A stretch of DNA of 40,444 nucleotides from Escherichia phage pO111. A program made the translations under genes and the position numbers. Numbering within the stretch: the stretch's first letter is position 1; each line of letters opens with the position of its first letter. The notes beneath the pieces are model-generated. The model was not told the DNA's origin. It searched no databases and worked only from the letters and a program-made list of their open reading frames with translations. This document shows positions 38,763 through 40,444 of this stretch, piece after piece. The stretch lies in sequence record OR204652.1. One strand, written 5' to 3'.

Positions 38763-38918
38763 TCACTCAGCAGACTCCAAGGCTATTGCCTTGTTGTTTT
38801 CGTACAGTTCCTTAAGGTGTTCCATTGCGAGCGACCAATCAAAGCCACAGCGCACCATGTCGCTATAGAACAGTACAGTTTGAGCGGTCAGACCGTATTG
38901 CGTGGTGTTGTTAGCCAT
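38763..38918 (-). CDS. 0.4: gp0.4 (51 aa; host cell-division inhibitor in T7)
   Basis: Manual translation [51 protein letters not shown]; start overlaps the ocr stop as TAATG. Confidence 0.7.
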   Translation of the reverse strand: MANNTTQYGLTAQTVLFYSDMVRCGFDWSLAMEHLKELYENNKAIALESAE

Positions 38919-39280
38919 TACTCTTCGCCCTCTTCGTAGTCTTCCTCTTCTTCGACTTCCTCAAGATACTCGTTCAGTAAGTCTTCTGCATCTTCCCAGA
39001 GGTCGATTGTGAGTTGCTCATAGATACGTGCTTGCAGGATACGGATTACGTCCTTGGTGTCCGGCATAAGACCAGAGTCCTCAAACTCAAGGTCAATGCC
39101 CTCGCTTGCCATTACACTGAAAATGTCGCTGTAGTAGTGCGGAACAGCATTATCAGCCGCCATATGCACTGCATCGTGCAGGTCATCAGCGTCACGGATG
39201 TCATCATAACGGATGTTTTCTTTCAGCATTTCGTAAGCGTGATCTAAAACGTTGTTATAAGTCATGTTAGACATAGCCAT
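38918..39280 (-). CDS. ocr: Ocr anti-restriction protein (DNA mimic)
   Basis: 120 aa, highly acidic, [30 protein letters not shown] near-identical to recalled T7 gp0.3. Confidence 0.95.
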   Translation of the reverse strand: MAMSNMTYNNVLDHAYEMLKENIRYDDIRDADDLHDAVHMAADNAVPHYYSDIFSVMASEGIDLEFEDSGLMPDTKDVIRILQARIYEQLTIDLWEDAEDLLNEYLEEVEEEEDYEEGEE

Positions 39281-39320
39281 TGTGTGTTACCTCATAGTGT
39301 TGTTAGTGGATATCATAAAG

Positions 39321-39372
39321 GGCACCTTGCGATACCCTTGAGTTATCCGCTACGTGTGTACACTCAAGAGCC
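39321..39372 (-). promoter_or_regulatory. RNase III processing hairpin R0.3 upstream of ocr
   Basis: mRNA GGCUCUUGAGUGUACACACGUAGCGGAUAACUCAAGGGUAUCGCAAGGUGCCC, matches the recalled T7 R0.3 region. Confidence 0.6.
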
Positions 39373-39555
39373 GTTTACCAGATTGTTAAAGAACTTTAAG
39401 CTACAGTTTCATCGAGCCGAGGCTGTTTCAGTGTTAGCCGTCACTTGCGTTATATATCCGACAAGCTCTTTATTATCGTGGTCGCTTGTGCTTTCGGCAT
39501 CTATCCACTATGTCGCGTTTTTACACCTACGACACTCGGTGTCTTTCTGTGGTAC

Positions 39556-39584
39556 ATCTTACAGCTTTTAAAGGAGGCTGTCAA
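39556..39584 (-). promoter_or_regulatory. Extra (fourth) sigma70-type early promoter
   Basis: On the minus strand: TTGACA, 17-nt spacer, TAAGAT then GTACCACAG, a hybrid of the A2 and A3 promoters. Confidence 0.6.
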
Positions 39585-39702
39585 CCTGTTATTCTTTTAT
39601 GCGATGAGTGACCGAATTCGACTCATGGCTAGTGCCTTATCCTTGGCGGGTCACGGGCAGGTTTCTCGGTTCCTATCCCTACACCCTTACTGCTTGTGGT
39701 AC

Positions 39703-39731
39703 ATCGTACCGTGTTTACTACATGTTGTCAA
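39703..39731 (-). promoter_or_regulatory. Early sigma70 promoter A3
   Basis: AAACGGTTGACAACATGTAGTAAACACGGTACGATGTACCACA, near-identical to recalled T7 A3. Confidence 0.85.
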
Positions 39732-39808
39732 CCGTTTTGTTTCACCTTGTGTGCCGTGGTGCGCTTAAGTCACCTAGAAGACACCGTGCTACCGTGTTGA
39801 CGCTGTGC

Positions 39809-39838
39809 ATCTTACTGCATGTTACTGCGTGTTGTCAA
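39809..39838 (-). promoter_or_regulatory. Early sigma70 promoter A2
   Basis: TTGACAACACGCAGTAACATGCAGTAAGATGCA, near-identical to recalled T7 A2. Confidence 0.85.
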
Positions 39839-39937
39839 TGCCTGTTTTTCGTATGACTTATCAGGCTGTCTACTTATCCGGTTGACCCCGGTATCTCAGG
39901 GAGTGGCTTTTAGGCCGTTGTCCCGTTGACGAGATGA

Positions 39938-39966
39938 ATAGTAACCGGTAGGACTCTTTAAGTCAA
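39938..39966 (-). promoter_or_regulatory. Early sigma70 promoter A1
   Basis: AAAAAAGAGTATTGACTTAAAGAGTCCTACCGGTTACTAT, A/T-rich upstream element plus TTGACT; resembles T7 A1. Confidence 0.8.
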
Positions 39967-40024
39967 TACTCTTTTTTTTAAATTCTTTAATTTCTCTCTT
40001 TAAGTCCTCTTTAAGTAGTCTCTC

Positions 40025-40047
40025 TCTCTCTTTAGTGAGTCGTATTA
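40025..40047 (-). promoter_or_regulatory. T7-type phage RNAP promoter near the left end (phiOL position)
   Basis: Reverse complement TAATACGACTCACTAAAGAGAGA. Confidence 0.75.
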
Positions 40048-40054
40048 AAGACAA

Positions 40055-40270
40055 TGATTAAAGATTATCTCTTTATAGGTAACAACAAGGCATCTTTAGG
40101 AATAGGCTTTAGGCTGGTCTTTAGGTCTGGTCTTTAAGGATACTTTAAGATAGGCGTTGACTTGGTGAGTCTTTAGGTGTAGTCTTTAGGTTGTAGACAC
40201 GGTAGGAATTACTTTAGGAGGTGACTTTAGGAGGTGACTTTAGGAGGATACTTTAGGAGGCTGGAACAGA
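40055..40270. repeat. Array of CTTTAGG heptamer repeats, including a 13-bp tandem repeat (actttaggaggtg) at 40211..40262
   Basis: At least 9 copies of ctttagg (reverse complement CCTAAAG), 4 of them in tandem 13-bp units. Confidence 0.7.
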
Positions 40271-40271
40271 T

Positions 40272-40444
40272 AGGGACAAGGAGAGACACTCAAGGTAACA
40301 CCCAAAGGGACAACCCAAAGGTAACACTCAAAGACTCAACCCAACCCTTAGGGAACCCTCAAGGTCAACCGAAGGTTGACTTTAGGTGATTGGCTGGGCT
40401 TTAGGTACCCCTATGGGGGAACTTTGGGCGCTTACACTGTGAGA
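40272..40444. repeat. Direct terminal repeat (genome left end in T7 orientation)
   Basis: Identical to 1..173. Confidence 0.9.

Noticed and set aside
38437-38766. 109-aa minus-strand ORF starting MIGSRSLL
   Set aside because: It begins at a GTG inside the gp0.4 stop/R0.5 hairpin and reads through the gp0.5 region in the wrong frame; only its last 45 codons are kept (gp0.6). gp0.5 is read in another frame.

Overview
The window is a complete linear genome of a T7-like podophage (Teseptimavirus-type, about 40.4 kb) on the reverse strand, bounded by 173-bp direct terminal repeats (1..173 = 40272..40444). The T7 left end is at the high-coordinate end, and essentially every gene is on the minus strand in canonical T7 order: ocr/0.3, 0.4-0.7, RNA polymerase, ligase, 1.6-2.5, endonuclease I, lysozyme, primase-helicase, DNA polymerase, exonuclease, portal, scaffold, capsid 10A/10B, tail and internal core proteins, tail fiber, holin, terminase, Rz/Rz1, 19.5. 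Regulatory signals are T7-type: three strong sigma70 early promoters plus a fourth extra one, about 17 phage-RNAP promoters matching TAATACGACTCACTATAGGGAGA, terminators TE and Tphi, and RNase III-type hairpins. It is not T7 itself. The main departures are: (1) DNA polymerase gene 5 is split by a 601-nt group I intron carrying an HNH homing-endonuclease ORF; (2) five further free-standing HNH endonuclease genes, three at positions where T7 (from memory) has no gene or a different one; (3) a +1 frameshift in a G6 run that truncates protein kinase gp0.7; (4) a divergent tail-fiber C-terminal domain and a divergent gp4 N-terminus, with genes 3.8 and 1.4 absent. All comparisons to T7 rest on recalled sequence and on reading the provided frames; no database search was possible.
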